Below are positions 29,964-40,309 of a DNA stretch of 64,000 bases, piece by piece; within the stretch, counting starts at the first letter, position 1; every line of letters begins with the position of its first letter. A program made the translations under genes and the position numbers. The notes beneath the pieces are model-generated. The model did not search any database and was not told where the DNA came from. It worked only from the letters and a program-made list of their open reading frames with translations. The stretch is taken from assembly GCA_027001995.1 (NCBI GenBank), contig JALTLO010000017.1, positions 23,012 through 87,011 of the forward strand, in the 5' to 3' direction. This DNA is from Planctomycetota bacterium (lineage in GTDB: Bacteria > Planctomycetota > GCA-002687715 > DRQF01).

Positions 29964-30542
29964 ATGACCACCGAGAAAAGTTTCAAGACGAGCTACACTC
30001 AGGCCCGAGAAGGCAATCAAGAGGCCCAATCCATCCTCTTAAATGGTGTGCGGGATCGCTTAATTCGATACATTGAAAAAAGAATGGGACTGGAAGCTCG
30101 GCGCAAAACAGAAGCGGAGGATGTGGCTCAATCTGCACTCTTAGACCTATTGGAGCGATTGGAACGATTCCCGAAGGACTTAAGTGAAACTGAATTCTTG
30201 GCCTATGCTTTGCAACTGGGACGTTGGCGTCTAGCAAATCTTTTTCGCCGTCAGAGAAACGATGTCGGGGCATCTCAAATTCCGAGTCCGCCAGCAGCCC
30301 CTCATCCCAGCACTGGCATCGTGACCCGGGACGATGATCGCATCTGGACCCACAAACTCATTGCCGACCTAGATACGCTCTACTCATCGGTGTTAAACTG
30401 CTACCATATCCGCCTCATGACAGTTGCCGCAACCGCCAACCATCTTAATATCTCGGAAGCCGCTGTTAAACAACGTCTTTCTCGGGGACGTAAGTTACTC
30501 CAAGATAAGATGTCCAAAGAATGGAATCGTCGAGATAGATGA
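29964..30542 (+). CDS. ECF sigma factor (Ser/Thr kinase-associated type)
   Basis: Sigma2 region RLIRYIEKRM...TEAEDVAQSA, sigma4 HTH TANHLNISEAAVKQRLSRGRKLL. Overlaps the kinase start. Confidence 0.9.
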   Translation: MTTEKSFKTSYTQAREGNQEAQSILLNGVRDRLIRYIEKRMGLEARRKTEAEDVAQSALLDLLERLERFPKDLSETEFLAYALQLGRWRLANLFRRQRNDVGASQIPSPPAAPHPSTGIVTRDDDRIWTHKLIADLDTLYSSVLNCYHIRLMTVAATANHLNISEAAVKQRLSRGRKLLQDKMSKEWNRRDR

Positions 30543-32641
30543 CTGAAAAACATGATCAAATCAAAGAGCAGTTCCAACGACTATTCTTGGCGGAATTGGA
30601 AGCGGGAACTCAAAGGGAATTAGAAGACTATCAGCGGCTTTTCGACGGTCACCATGATTTGATCGAGGAACTCTATCTGCGCATGAATCTGGATGCTTCC
30701 GACCCCTCTACAGGGGAAAGCTGCAACATCCCAGGTATGATTTTTAGGATCGCAGAAACAGGAGACACAGTTGGGCGCTATCTCTTGGGGCCTGAAATTG
30801 GCAGAGGGGGCCAAGCTGTTGTTTTTTCAGCTAAAGATCAGAAGCTCGATCGTACTGTGGCTATCAAGATACTGACACGAGTCGACTTGGGCAGTGAGTC
30901 CACCCTTCGTCGCTTTCAACGAGAGGCTGAATTGTGTTCCAAGCTCAATCACCCGAGTATCTGCACTGTCTTTGAATCCGACATTCATGACGGCATGCCC
31001 TACATCGCCATGGAACTGATTGAAGGCACCTCAATCGCCAACCAAATCGAAACCCAGCGCACCAGAGGAGCTACAGAGTCATTCGAAAATTCGGAAGAAG
31101 AGAATGAGTCTCCGAACGAAGAGATCTTTTTTCCATCAATTATAGCGGATGAAAGTCCACGTGAGCTCGCCGCCACAACTGCGGGCAAAATCGTCAACAC
31201 AGTCCTGCCAAACAAAGAGGCGCTTCGTTCGATTCTTAGAACATTCGAAAGAACAGCCTTGGCACTCCACGAAGCCCATACCGCTGGCATTATTCACCGA
31301 GACATCAAACCAGGAAACGTCATGGTGCGAAAAAATGGAGAACCTGTCATTCTTGATTTTGGATTGGCCCACGACGAACAGTCCGAACGCATGGATCTCA
31401 CCCAGACTGGCGACTTCTTCGGAACGCCGGCTTACATGTCGCCGGAACAATTATCCGCCCATCGAATTCGCCTTGATCACCGTACGGACATTTTCTCCTT
31501 GGCTGTCAGCCTCTATGAAGCGATTACATTGCAACGACCCTTCGCTGCACCTACAAGAGAAGAGATCTATCAGGCCATCCTGACGAAGGAGCCCGAGGAC
31601 CTACGAAAACTCAACAAAGACGCCCCCAAAGACATCGCAACTGTTGTTTCCAAGGCAATGGAGAAAGATAGGGATCGACGCTACGCCACATCCTTAGAAT
31701 TTGCTGAGGACATCTCCCGGGTACTCAAGATGCACCCCATTCACGCCCGTCCTGCCAGTGTTGCAGTCAAGTTGACCAGATGGACCCAAAGAAACCGCAC
31801 TCTGGCCATCTTTGCCTTCGCCCTCCCCGTCGTCGGACTCCTCAGCGTCCTCGCTACAGATGAAGTGCAACGAAGAACAGAGCAAACACGATCCGCCGCC
31901 GAATTCCAGCAACGATGGCGGGACTTCCAATCATCCTTTGATCGTTTTGTTGAGATTCAAGACAACTCCGCCCTAGGGCTTATTCTTCAGGATCGTTCCC
32001 TCAGTCAAATAACCAAAGAAATCGATTTTTTCGGAGCAGTGGCCAAGAGTTGGATTCGCCAGAAATTGGAAGACGAGAATGATGGCGTCCGTTTAGCAGC
32101 CATCCGCATTCTGATGCAAGTGGGAGACGAGGCATCTGCACAATCTCTTACCGATCACTGCCTCAACGATTCGAGTAAGCTCATTAGAATCTGGTGTTCC
32201 CAAGCACTTTTCCGAATCCCTGACGACAATGTGGTACCTTTCTTGCGGCAAGTCCTTGAAGAGACAGAAGACGGTGCCTGTCGTGTAAACGCCCTTTTCG
32301 GACTAGCGGCATTTCGGACTGCCGACGCCGCTGAATTGGCTCTATTATTCTTCCGAAATAAGGAAAATCCAGAAGCATTGCGCTACGTTATGGCTCAAAA
32401 TGTCCTCTTAGTAGGAATGCCGGCCATGAGAACCATGGCAGAAGAATTTGAATCCACCCTACGGACAAATGATCTTCAAGGCTGGGGGACCATCTTGGAA
32501 TACTACAAACATCAATCCAAAGACATAGCCTTGCCAAAGTTGGAGAACATCGCAGGCAAGGAGACACTTCTCAAAGACATTCAGCTTCAAGCCCAAAAAA
32601 TGTTGGATGAGACCAAAAAGACCAATGTGGACGAGAATTGA
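30539..32641 (+). CDS. Membrane Hanks-type Ser/Thr protein kinase with C-terminal HEAT-repeat domain
   Basis: GRGGQAVV, VAIK, HRDIKPGN, DFGLA, GTPAYMSPEQ, TM helix (LAIFAFALPVVGLLSVLA), then HEAT repeats. Confidence 0.95.
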   Translation: MTEKHDQIKEQFQRLFLAELEAGTQRELEDYQRLFDGHHDLIEELYLRMNLDASDPSTGESCNIPGMIFRIAETGDTVGRYLLGPEIGRGGQAVVFSAKDQKLDRTVAIKILTRVDLGSESTLRRFQREAELCSKLNHPSICTVFESDIHDGMPYIAMELIEGTSIANQIETQRTRGATESFENSEEENESPNEEIFFPSIIADESPRELAATTAGKIVNTVLPNKEALRSILRTFERTALALHEAHTAGIIHRDIKPGNVMVRKNGEPVILDFGLAHDEQSERMDLTQTGDFFGTPAYMSPEQLSAHRIRLDHRTDIFSLAVSLYEAITLQRPFAAPTREEIYQAILTKEPEDLRKLNKDAPKDIATVVSKAMEKDRDRRYATSLEFAEDISRVLKMHPIHARPASVAVKLTRWTQRNRTLAIFAFALPVVGLLSVLATDEVQRRTEQTRSAAEFQQRWRDFQSSFDRFVEIQDNSALGLILQDRSLSQITKEIDFFGAVAKSWIRQKLEDENDGVRLAAIRILMQVGDEASAQSLTDHCLNDSSKLIRIWCSQALFRIPDDNVVPFLRQVLEETEDGACRVNALFGLAAFRTADAAELALLFFRNKENPEALRYVMAQNVLLVGMPAMRTMAEEFESTLRTNDLQGWGTILEYYKHQSKDIALPKLENIAGKETLLKDIQLQAQKMLDETKKTNVDEN

Positions 32642-32673
32642 ATTTTTGACTATCTGAAATAGGCCGAAAGAAA

Positions 32674-32913
32674 ATGACCGACGGAATACCAAGAAAATAC
32701 GACGCCCTCATCCGTGTAAGAAAAGAACTAACTCAGTGCTCTGAATGTGGCAAAACCTATACCACCGTGAATGCAAATAGCCACAAGACGAGCACTGAAG
32801 AAGAAAGCGTACGATTCTATTTTCAGTTTATCCACGAAGACGAAAGTGAATGCATTGGACAAGTCATGGCGGTGGATTTCAACAATTGGATAAAGGAAAA
32901 GTTGGGGCAATAG
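32674..32913 (+). CDS. Small hypothetical protein, possible zinc-binding
   Basis: 79-aa ORF 32 nt after the kinase stop, with CSEC and a later H-x5-C. Confidence 0.45.
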   Translation: MTDGIPRKYDALIRVRKELTQCSECGKTYTTVNANSHKTSTEEESVRFYFQFIHEDESECIGQVMAVDFNNWIKEKLGQ

Positions 32914-33031
32914 AGACACGAACAGACAGGCGAAACCGCTTACCCAGCCTTCAAATCGAATCGGGCCCCTCGCTTCCCCCATCAAGAAAGGGAAGGAAGG
33001 GTTGCGGTTGCCATAGGAAAACACAGCCAGC

Positions 33032-33520
33032 TTAGATCCGTCGCGTGTAGTCCATTTCGAAGGACTTGACCTCCCCATGCTCCGTGGTCATGTACATGCG
33101 CAACTTGTGGTGATTGTCGTCAACGAATTCATGCTCAACTCGTTGTGGGATCAATTCGCCATCCGCTGGGTTTGGGCCTTCACCTTTCAAGTCAAGGGTC
33201 TTGGTCGCTTCATCATATTGACCTTTGAGAGTAAACATGAAAGTCGACATAGAGTCGATCCATGTACTGATGAAACAGCCTTCCTTTGGTAAATAACCAA
33301 GTTGACCAGATCCGGCGAAAGGCATGCCCATGAAATCCGCTTCGAAACGGCCTACAGTCCAGAATTGACCAATGGCGCTAATGGTATCCACCCCTTCGCT
33401 CTCCAGTGGCGGCTGGTCTGGGCCCATAAAGAAACGACATTTGACATCCCACACCCCCGCATTCTTCACAATCATCTCGTGTTCTTGGCTGGGTTCCGGC
33501 ATCGCGCATTCTTGATTCAT
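33032..33520 (-). CDS. DUF1579-like protein
   Basis: PSQEHEMIVKNAGVWDV, FMGMPFAGSGQLGY, STWIDSMST, C-terminal MDYTR. Confidence 0.8.
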   Translation of the reverse strand: MNQECAMPEPSQEHEMIVKNAGVWDVKCRFFMGPDQPPLESEGVDTISAIGQFWTVGRFEADFMGMPFAGSGQLGYLPKEGCFISTWIDSMSTFMFTLKGQYDEATKTLDLKGEGPNPADGELIPQRVEHEFVDDNHHKLRMYMTTEHGEVKSFEMDYTRRI

Positions 33521-33932
33521 TCTAATCGTCCTTATCGAATCACTGCAAACTGAGGCACAACAACTGCTTACCCCTTCCTTTCGAGGCTAATCCCTGACTC
33601 GGCTATTAGCAAGAAATCGAATCACCACGAACAAAATCTCCCCACCGACAGGCCTCCTTCCTTCAAAATCATCCAAGAAAGGGAGAAAATAGCCGCGAAA
33701 ACACGGGCGTCAGAAGCTCTTTGCACGGAATCAAAACAACTTACGAGTAAAAAACGCACACCTCATGAGTACAAAACGACATTGTTAGAAATGTTCCTTG
33801 CAGGATTCCCAGCAAGAATTTAGGGTCTGGATGTGCGTTTGTCCGCAAATGACAAGTCAAGATCGCTCAGGCCGTGCCTAAGAAGCAGACCCCAACACAT
33901 GTGAGCGACGTATTTCGAAAAGGTGAACACCC

Positions 33933-36068
33933 ATGCAAATCAGGCTCCGCGAGGCAGTTAGGCTTACACTCCTATTCTGCGCATTCCAAGTTGCGCTTCA
34001 GGCTCAACGCCCAGAAATTCTCTATCTACGTTTCAGTGAAACAAGCGGGTCGGTCACAGCAGACCGTGCTTTCCCTGGCCTTCCTGGCGTTTCGCCAACC
34101 ATCCAGAATGGTGCTGCCTTCAACACGAACACAAATAGCACTGGTGGCGTTGTTTTGGGGCCAGCGTGTCTTAAGACAGCAAATACCACGGCGGATCCCT
34201 GCGTCATTAACACTGCCTTCTCCGTCACCGGTGATTGGACGATCGAGTTTTGGATCATTGACACAGAATCGTCTCCTAGCACGACGCGCTACGTCTTTGG
34301 CGACCCAACAATTTCGAACTTCAGGTGCTACCGCGATCCCTCTGGCCCCAACTCCACTCTCACATTGGAGGGAGCTGGCATAAAGAAAGTCGCAATTACC
34401 ACAGCGGTTCAGTTTGCAACTTGGAAGCACGTAGCGTTGGTTCACGACTCCCGGGCCTTGACGATCACGCCTTATGTAGATGGAATCGTACGTCCACCCG
34501 TCACGCAGCCTGCCCCTATCGACTTGGTAGGAAGCGGCACGACTGGTCTGATCATCGGCGGTTTCGGTCCTGGCAATGCTACTTGGCGTGGGCGCATTGA
34601 CGAATTCCGCGTTTGGGACCGAACTCTTTCAAGCTTAGAAATTGGAGCGCAAGCTCTGGGTCATCTCAATCTCGTAACGGACGACATCGCCTGTTCCTCG
34701 ATCACAAGCCCAGTCACCCGCCCGACTAATTGCAAGACACTTTCGGCGTCTGAAACAATCAGCATCGCAATCTCCAACACGGGCACAAATCCCATTGCCG
34801 CTGGAACCGTTATTCCCGTGGAAGTCCGGGTCAACACTGTCTTGGTGCTGTCTGACATGATCACCACGACGCAAATTCTCAACACGGGCGACTCCGAAGT
34901 GCTGAGCATTCCCACGCCAGTGGATCTCTCTATGACCCCCGCCTTGACCATGACGGTCACAACGATGTTCCCTGGAGATGTCGTCAACCTCAATAACACC
35001 GCAACCCGAGTTCTGGTGACTAATGAGGTACCTATCGCAGCGTTTCCTTATGTGGAAGATTTCTCTGGGATCGCTTCAAATCAAAGTATTCTACCACCGG
35101 CAGGCTGGGTCCAAGATCCAGATGACTCTTCTGGTCCCGATTCCGAATGGATTTTCACCAATCAAGCCACACCCACTGTGGGAACTGGCCCCATGGCAGA
35201 CTTTTCAACGGGTCTCACCGGAGGCACAGGCTATTACGCTTATGTGGAAGATGCTGGCAATCACAGTGCCGTCAACTTAGTTACAAGATGTTTTGACTTC
35301 ACCAATACATCCAATCCCAGTCTCAAATTCTGGCTCTATAGTGCAAATGCGAACGGCACCGGAGGAGCCAACGAGAACTTCCTTTCAGTGGATGTTATCA
35401 CCTCACCAGGTGGTGCCATTACTTTGGATGTATTGCCACAAACCGGGCATGTCGGCTCCTTGTGGCAACCCTATGTTGTCAACTTAGGGGCCTTCAATGG
35501 TTCCTTGTGCCGTCTCGTATTCCGAGGCCGGAGCGACGGTGGAGGTGACACACATGACCTTGCCATCGACGACATTACCATCTTCGATTTCGTACCAGGT
35601 ATTGGCCAAGCTCCTCAGCCAGGAGTTGCCGTTATGGACATCAATAACGCCATAAGCCCAGGTTTGGCCGCTGTCTCTTCTGGTGACAAGGGCCCTTACA
35701 CCAGCAATGTGGATGTCGGTGATTTGTTGACGTTTGATTTTTCAGGCGAACCAAATCAAACAATCATCCTTCTCTTGGGCACCAAGAACCCCAATGCCGC
35801 GATCTTCCCTGTTGTTGGTAGCATTGACATTGGTGGCCCCATTGATCCCATGAGTATGCTTCCTACGGGAGTCGTCATCTTCGCAGATGGCTCGGTTCCT
35901 TCGGGCTTCAATCCGTTCTTCAATACTACATCTGCAGGAACCGCCAACGTGTTCTTCACTATGCCCCCTGTGCCACCTGGAATTTTGACGACATTCCAAG
36001 CAGCACTTTTGAACTCAACTCCTTCGGGAGTCGGCATGACGAACGCGATTGAAGTGACTGTCAACTAA
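33933..36068 (+). CDS. Secreted protein: LamG/ConA-like + Ig/CARDB-like + MAM-like + conserved C-terminal domain
   Basis: Signal peptide, LamG motifs (WTIEFW, WKHVALV, GRIDEFRVWDRTLS), MAM-like motifs (TGPMADFST...GYYAYVE, LAIDDI). Confidence 0.8.
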   Translation: MQIRLREAVRLTLLFCAFQVALQAQRPEILYLRFSETSGSVTADRAFPGLPGVSPTIQNGAAFNTNTNSTGGVVLGPACLKTANTTADPCVINTAFSVTGDWTIEFWIIDTESSPSTTRYVFGDPTISNFRCYRDPSGPNSTLTLEGAGIKKVAITTAVQFATWKHVALVHDSRALTITPYVDGIVRPPVTQPAPIDLVGSGTTGLIIGGFGPGNATWRGRIDEFRVWDRTLSSLEIGAQALGHLNLVTDDIACSSITSPVTRPTNCKTLSASETISIAISNTGTNPIAAGTVIPVEVRVNTVLVLSDMITTTQILNTGDSEVLSIPTPVDLSMTPALTMTVTTMFPGDVVNLNNTATRVLVTNEVPIAAFPYVEDFSGIASNQSILPPAGWVQDPDDSSGPDSEWIFTNQATPTVGTGPMADFSTGLTGGTGYYAYVEDAGNHSAVNLVTRCFDFTNTSNPSLKFWLYSANANGTGGANENFLSVDVITSPGGAITLDVLPQTGHVGSLWQPYVVNLGAFNGSLCRLVFRGRSDGGGDTHDLAIDDITIFDFVPGIGQAPQPGVAVMDINNAISPGLAAVSSGDKGPYTSNVDVGDLLTFDFSGEPNQTIILLLGTKNPNAAIFPVVGSIDIGGPIDPMSMLPTGVVIFADGSVPSGFNPFFNTTSAGTANVFFTMPPVPPGILTTFQAALLNSTPSGVGMTNAIEVTVN

Positions 36069-36113
36069 GGATTCGTCACAAGAAACCTTGTTGACCACAA
36101 AGGAGAAAACAAA

Positions 36114-38066
36114 ATGAAATTTAACCAGTCCTTTTTGAGCCTTTTGCTACTCGTTGCATTCATCGCTGTGAGTACAACCCAAGCCGAGGCCCAATCCCCA
36201 TTGACCACAACCTTTGCCGACAATAACGGTTCCACAGGTAACATGTTCGATGTCAAATCGCTCACCGGTGTGATTATCAATGACTTCGACATCAACACGG
36301 CTGTCACCACAGGTGACTTCGAAGTTTGGGCCCTCATCACACCCAATGTTTCCTATGTGAACAACCGCATGAGCAACGCCAACTGGACCCTTCTTGGGAC
36401 AGCAACTGGTGTTGTAGGTGCAGGCGCTGGCAACCCAACACCTTTGGGGCTCAACCTGAACTTCCCTATTTTCCCTGGGGACACCCAAGCATTCTATATA
36501 ACCGGCATCAACGGTGCTAGTGTCAGATACACCACCGGCACCGGTGCCCCTGGCACTCTCTATGCATCCAATACAGACCTGGAATACTATCAGGGTTACG
36601 GCGGAGGTTATTTCAATCTGACGTTTAATCCCCGCATCTGGAATGGCAACATTCATTACACCAACCAAATGCTCTTCTCCGATGACTTGGCGACAACGAA
36701 GATCCTTTCGCCTGTGAATGACCCTCTTAGTTGCGCCGCGGGATCGTCGACAGAAGTGGTCTCATTTGAGTTTCGTAATTTCGGCACAGTGACTGTTCCT
36801 TCAGGCACCGTGATCACCGTGTCCTTCACTGTCGATGGCGGCCCTCCCACCTTCGAGTTTTTCCCTTTAGCTGCCCCCCTTGCATTAGGGGATACAGCCT
36901 CATATACATTCACGGCCACCGCCGACCTCTCAACAATCGGCGCCCATACAGTGACCTGTACGGCCAGTGGTTTGATTGACTTCGACACTTCGAACGACAG
37001 TTTGACCGAAACCATCTACAGTGGTGGTGAAACCCGCATTGTCCTTTTTCCCTATACTGAAGACTTCACGGTCACAGGAGTCAACGGTTCAACCGTAGCT
37101 CCCGCGGGTTATGTCCAAGAGACAACCGAGGCTAGCGGATTTAACTCGGACTGGTTATTTAGAAACGACGCGACCCCTACATTCAACACAGGTCCCTCCG
37201 CGGACAACACCACAGGGGTCGCCGGTTCTGGTGGCTACGCCTACGTCGATGATGACAGCAATCATGCGGCCATCAATCTTCGATCTCCGTGTTTCGATCT
37301 ACTGGGAGCCTTCAACCCAAGTTTGCGATTCTTCATTTATTCCAACAGTGCCACCGGCCCGACACAGCAAAATTTGTTCTCGATTGATGTCATTAGCCAA
37401 CCCAGTGGCCTCATCACGACAGATGTTTTTGGTCCTCAGGGCCACATTGGCCCGAACTGGACCTTCCAAGCTTTGAGCCTCAACGCCTTCGCAGGGCAAA
37501 CGATCCAGTTGGTGTTGAGAGGGGAAACGACCAATAGCGGAAGTAACAACCATGACATCGCCATCGATGATCTTTCTGTGCTTGAGGTCCTATCAACCCC
37601 CGGGCAAGCTCCCCAACCCGGTTTAGCCGTCTTGGATATCAACGACCCAAGGAATATCAATACAGACCCTCTGACCTTTGGTTTTGGTGGTCCCTACTTC
37701 ACCAACGTCACAGAAGGCGACATCTTGCAATTCAAGATGGAAGGTGAAGCACTTCAGCCAATCATCCTGTTCTCAGGGCCCCTCAATCCCAATGTTGCCT
37801 CCTTCCCTAATGTGGGCAGTATTGACATGGGTGGTCCCATTGACCCCGTGAGCGGCTTGCCAACTGCCTTGACTGTCCTAGCGGATGGCACAGTAATAGG
37901 AGGTCTCAACTCCTTCTTTATTACGGCAGCAGACGGAATTGCCAACATTGGTTTCAGTGTTCCTAATTTGCCAATCGGGGTTCTCGGATCATTCCAATGT
38001 GCCTTCTTCACGACTGGAGGAGCTGGGGTTGCCCTCTCCAACGCCGTGCAAGTAACGGTTATGTAG
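36114..38066 (+). CDS. Secreted protein: N-terminal beta domain + Ig/CARDB-like + MAM-like + conserved C-terminal domain (paralog of upstream gene)
   Basis: Signal peptide ending AEA-Q, AAGGAG RBS, TGPSADNTT...GGYAYVD, IAIDDL. The C-terminal 154 aa are colinear with those of 33933..36068. Confidence 0.8.
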   Translation: MKFNQSFLSLLLLVAFIAVSTTQAEAQSPLTTTFADNNGSTGNMFDVKSLTGVIINDFDINTAVTTGDFEVWALITPNVSYVNNRMSNANWTLLGTATGVVGAGAGNPTPLGLNLNFPIFPGDTQAFYITGINGASVRYTTGTGAPGTLYASNTDLEYYQGYGGGYFNLTFNPRIWNGNIHYTNQMLFSDDLATTKILSPVNDPLSCAAGSSTEVVSFEFRNFGTVTVPSGTVITVSFTVDGGPPTFEFFPLAAPLALGDTASYTFTATADLSTIGAHTVTCTASGLIDFDTSNDSLTETIYSGGETRIVLFPYTEDFTVTGVNGSTVAPAGYVQETTEASGFNSDWLFRNDATPTFNTGPSADNTTGVAGSGGYAYVDDDSNHAAINLRSPCFDLLGAFNPSLRFFIYSNSATGPTQQNLFSIDVISQPSGLITTDVFGPQGHIGPNWTFQALSLNAFAGQTIQLVLRGETTNSGSNNHDIAIDDLSVLEVLSTPGQAPQPGLAVLDINDPRNINTDPLTFGFGGPYFTNVTEGDILQFKMEGEALQPIILFSGPLNPNVASFPNVGSIDMGGPIDPVSGLPTALTVLADGTVIGGLNSFFITAADGIANIGFSVPNLPIGVLGSFQCAFFTTGGAGVALSNAVQVTVM

Positions 38067-38089
38067 ACCAAGTCGGGTTTTCTTCAATC

Positions 38090-38125
38090 AGGCCGACTCC
38101 AATGAATCATTGGGGTCGGCTTTTT
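38090..38125 (+). terminator. Rho-independent terminator after the MAM-protein pair
   Basis: 13-bp stem GCCGACTCCAATG / CATTGGGGTCGGC (one G-U pair), 3-nt loop, followed by TTTTT. Confidence 0.85.
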
Positions 38126-38306
38126 ATCTGCCTATCCAGGAGCAAACCTGCCGAAACGAAGTCCTGACATGGTAGAAGAAGGTGAGGCGTCCCATCACCA
38201 CTAAGTCCGGCCTTCGACTTGACATAGCTTCTCCTTTCGCAAGAATAAAAGCGCAATCATCTAAGAGCACAGCTACCTGATTCCCGCAAATGAAAGCCTC
38301 CAATTC

Positions 38307-39503
38307 ATGCGTCGACGAATTCCGATTAACCGAGTAGCCAAGATCCCAGATCGAATTCGCATAGAACGCTACCGGAGAGCCCCCGAATTAGGTCCCAAAA
38401 TTCTCTTTTTCTCTGGTGGCTCTGCCTTGCGCGAGGTGTCCAAGAACATCAAGGAATACTCCTTCAATAGCTGTCACTTGATGACTCCCTTTGATTCAGG
38501 TGGCTCATCTGCAAGTCTTCGTGAAGCATTCGCCATGCCAAGCATTGGTGACATTCGCAATCGACTATGCACTCTTGCAGACGACAATTTGTCGGGCAAC
38601 GACGAGATTCGAAAGTTCTTCGGATTTCGATTTCCAGAAGATGGGGACTCCATGGTTTTGCAAGAGCAATTGGCTCAACTTGACTTGGGACGAGACCCCT
38701 TGATGGAATCAATCCCCCAACCGATCCGCAACTTGGTTGGAAGTCATCTGCGTTCGTTCTGCCAAGAAATGCCGAGAAATTTCGACCTAAGCGGCGCGAG
38801 CTTGGGGAACTTGACGCTGGCAGGAGCCTATCTTCAAAGCAATCGCGACATCGATGCTGTCACCTACCTTTACTCTCGCTTGCTTGAAGTAAGAGGATCC
38901 GTTCGAGCAACAGTCAATGCTCATTTAGACCTATGCGTTCGGCTCGAGGATGGCACGTCCTTGGTACGACAACATCTCTTCACTGGAAAAGAAAGCGCGT
39001 CCATCAAGTCCCCCATCGAACGCATATTCTTAACGGATCGTGAGAACCCCCAAGCACCCGTCACATGCGTATTAGAACGGAGCATTGGCGCCGCCATAAC
39101 AGAAGCTGACTTGATCTGCTTTCCCATGGGAAGCTTCTACTCCAGCCTGATAGCAAATCTGTTGCCCAGTGGGGTTGGTAAGTCCATTCGGAGGGCACGA
39201 GGTCCTCGAGTCTACATTCCGAACACCGGTCATGATCCGGAGCAATATGGGATGTCGGTTGAGGCCTGTGTCGCAACACTCATCGCTTACTTGCGTAGAG
39301 ATGCCGGTGAAGACACAGCTACCACGGACTTTTTGGACTTTGTTTTGATCGACTCAGAACGAGGAAAGTACTTAAACGGAATTGACGTGGAGGCCATTGC
39401 GGCTCAAGGAGTTTCAGTGTTGGATCTGGACCTTGTCAACGAGCAAGACCCTCAAAGCTTGGATGGGGCCAAGATCAACGAGACTTTGCTTTCTCTGACT
39501 TAA
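38307..39503 (+). CDS. CofD/YvcK-superfamily protein, GAK-system CofD-like type
   Basis: ILFFSGGSAL, TPFDSGGSS, IGDIRNRL, ASLGNL, PMGSFYSSLIANLLP. The N-terminal RYRRAPELGPKILFFSGG matches my recollection of the GAK-system subfamily. Confidence 0.8.
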   Translation: MRRRIPINRVAKIPDRIRIERYRRAPELGPKILFFSGGSALREVSKNIKEYSFNSCHLMTPFDSGGSSASLREAFAMPSIGDIRNRLCTLADDNLSGNDEIRKFFGFRFPEDGDSMVLQEQLAQLDLGRDPLMESIPQPIRNLVGSHLRSFCQEMPRNFDLSGASLGNLTLAGAYLQSNRDIDAVTYLYSRLLEVRGSVRATVNAHLDLCVRLEDGTSLVRQHLFTGKESASIKSPIERIFLTDRENPQAPVTCVLERSIGAAITEADLICFPMGSFYSSLIANLLPSGVGKSIRRARGPRVYIPNTGHDPEQYGMSVEACVATLIAYLRRDAGEDTATTDFLDFVLIDSERGKYLNGIDVEAIAAQGVSVLDLDLVNEQDPQSLDGAKINETLLSLT

Positions 39504-39526
39504 ACAAGCTCATCAACTGCGATGGA

Positions 39527-40309
39527 TCAGCGAGGGGTTGGAGCCCCCATGGCACCCAGGAGGATGTCAGCCACTTTGAGACAAGGACCATCCATGGATT
39601 CTTCGATCAGCGAAGGGTCATATTCGATGTCGGCGTTCTCCAGCGCCAAACATCTCTCAAAGAGTCGCACCATCTGGTAGTGAAGAGCTTCATAGACCAA
39701 TGATTGAGGTACAATGGCCTGGTCCGAAAGAGCGACGCCCAAAGGAGCGCGCCCTTGATTGCCTTGACTCAAGAACTTCGTCAACAGGTCTTTGTCGATG
39801 CCGAATTTTCGAATCAAGATCTCACCCAAGCGAAATCCCGGAGGACTGTTAGTGCTGAATGCGCTCATCAGAGTCCCCTTGTCTAAATTGAGGACAAATG
39901 ATTCCTGGGGCCCATCAACCCGCACGCGGCCACTGCGCCTTGTATCAGCTAGAAACTGTAGGATCTCGGCTACTGAGAAAATTCGACCGTCGAAAGTGAA
40001 GGAACCTTCTGCGTCTTCCGCCTGCCCAAGTGTATCAACATCCACCGAACCGAGGACATCTTCGAATGCCTGGGCCAAGATCTTCTGGGTTTTCTCTCTT
40101 TGGGTCGTTTCCTTACCGGCCGCAGCCGATTTCTTCATGTGAGTGACAACCCGACCAAGCTCATTCACGACCGAAACAACCTGATTCAGTTGGCTCAGCT
40201 CTTCAGGCCACCGCGTGAGACGTTTCGTATGGTCATTGACTCGGACGACCAAGCTCGAACACATCCTAGCGATCTTCTCTTGTAGCTCAATGAGGTCCAT
40301 TCCGGACAT
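39527..40309 (-). CDS. DUF4388 (PATAN-like) domain protein with N-terminal coiled coil
   Basis: FSVAEILQFLADTRRSGRVRV, RLGEILIRK, LGVAL. Confidence 0.7.
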   Translation of the reverse strand: MSGMDLIELQEKIARMCSSLVVRVNDHTKRLTRWPEELSQLNQVVSVVNELGRVVTHMKKSAAAGKETTQREKTQKILAQAFEDVLGSVDVDTLGQAEDAEGSFTFDGRIFSVAEILQFLADTRRSGRVRVDGPQESFVLNLDKGTLMSAFSTNSPPGFRLGEILIRKFGIDKDLLTKFLSQGNQGRAPLGVALSDQAIVPQSLVYEALHYQMVRLFERCLALENADIEYDPSLIEESMDGPCLKVADILLGAMGAPTPR

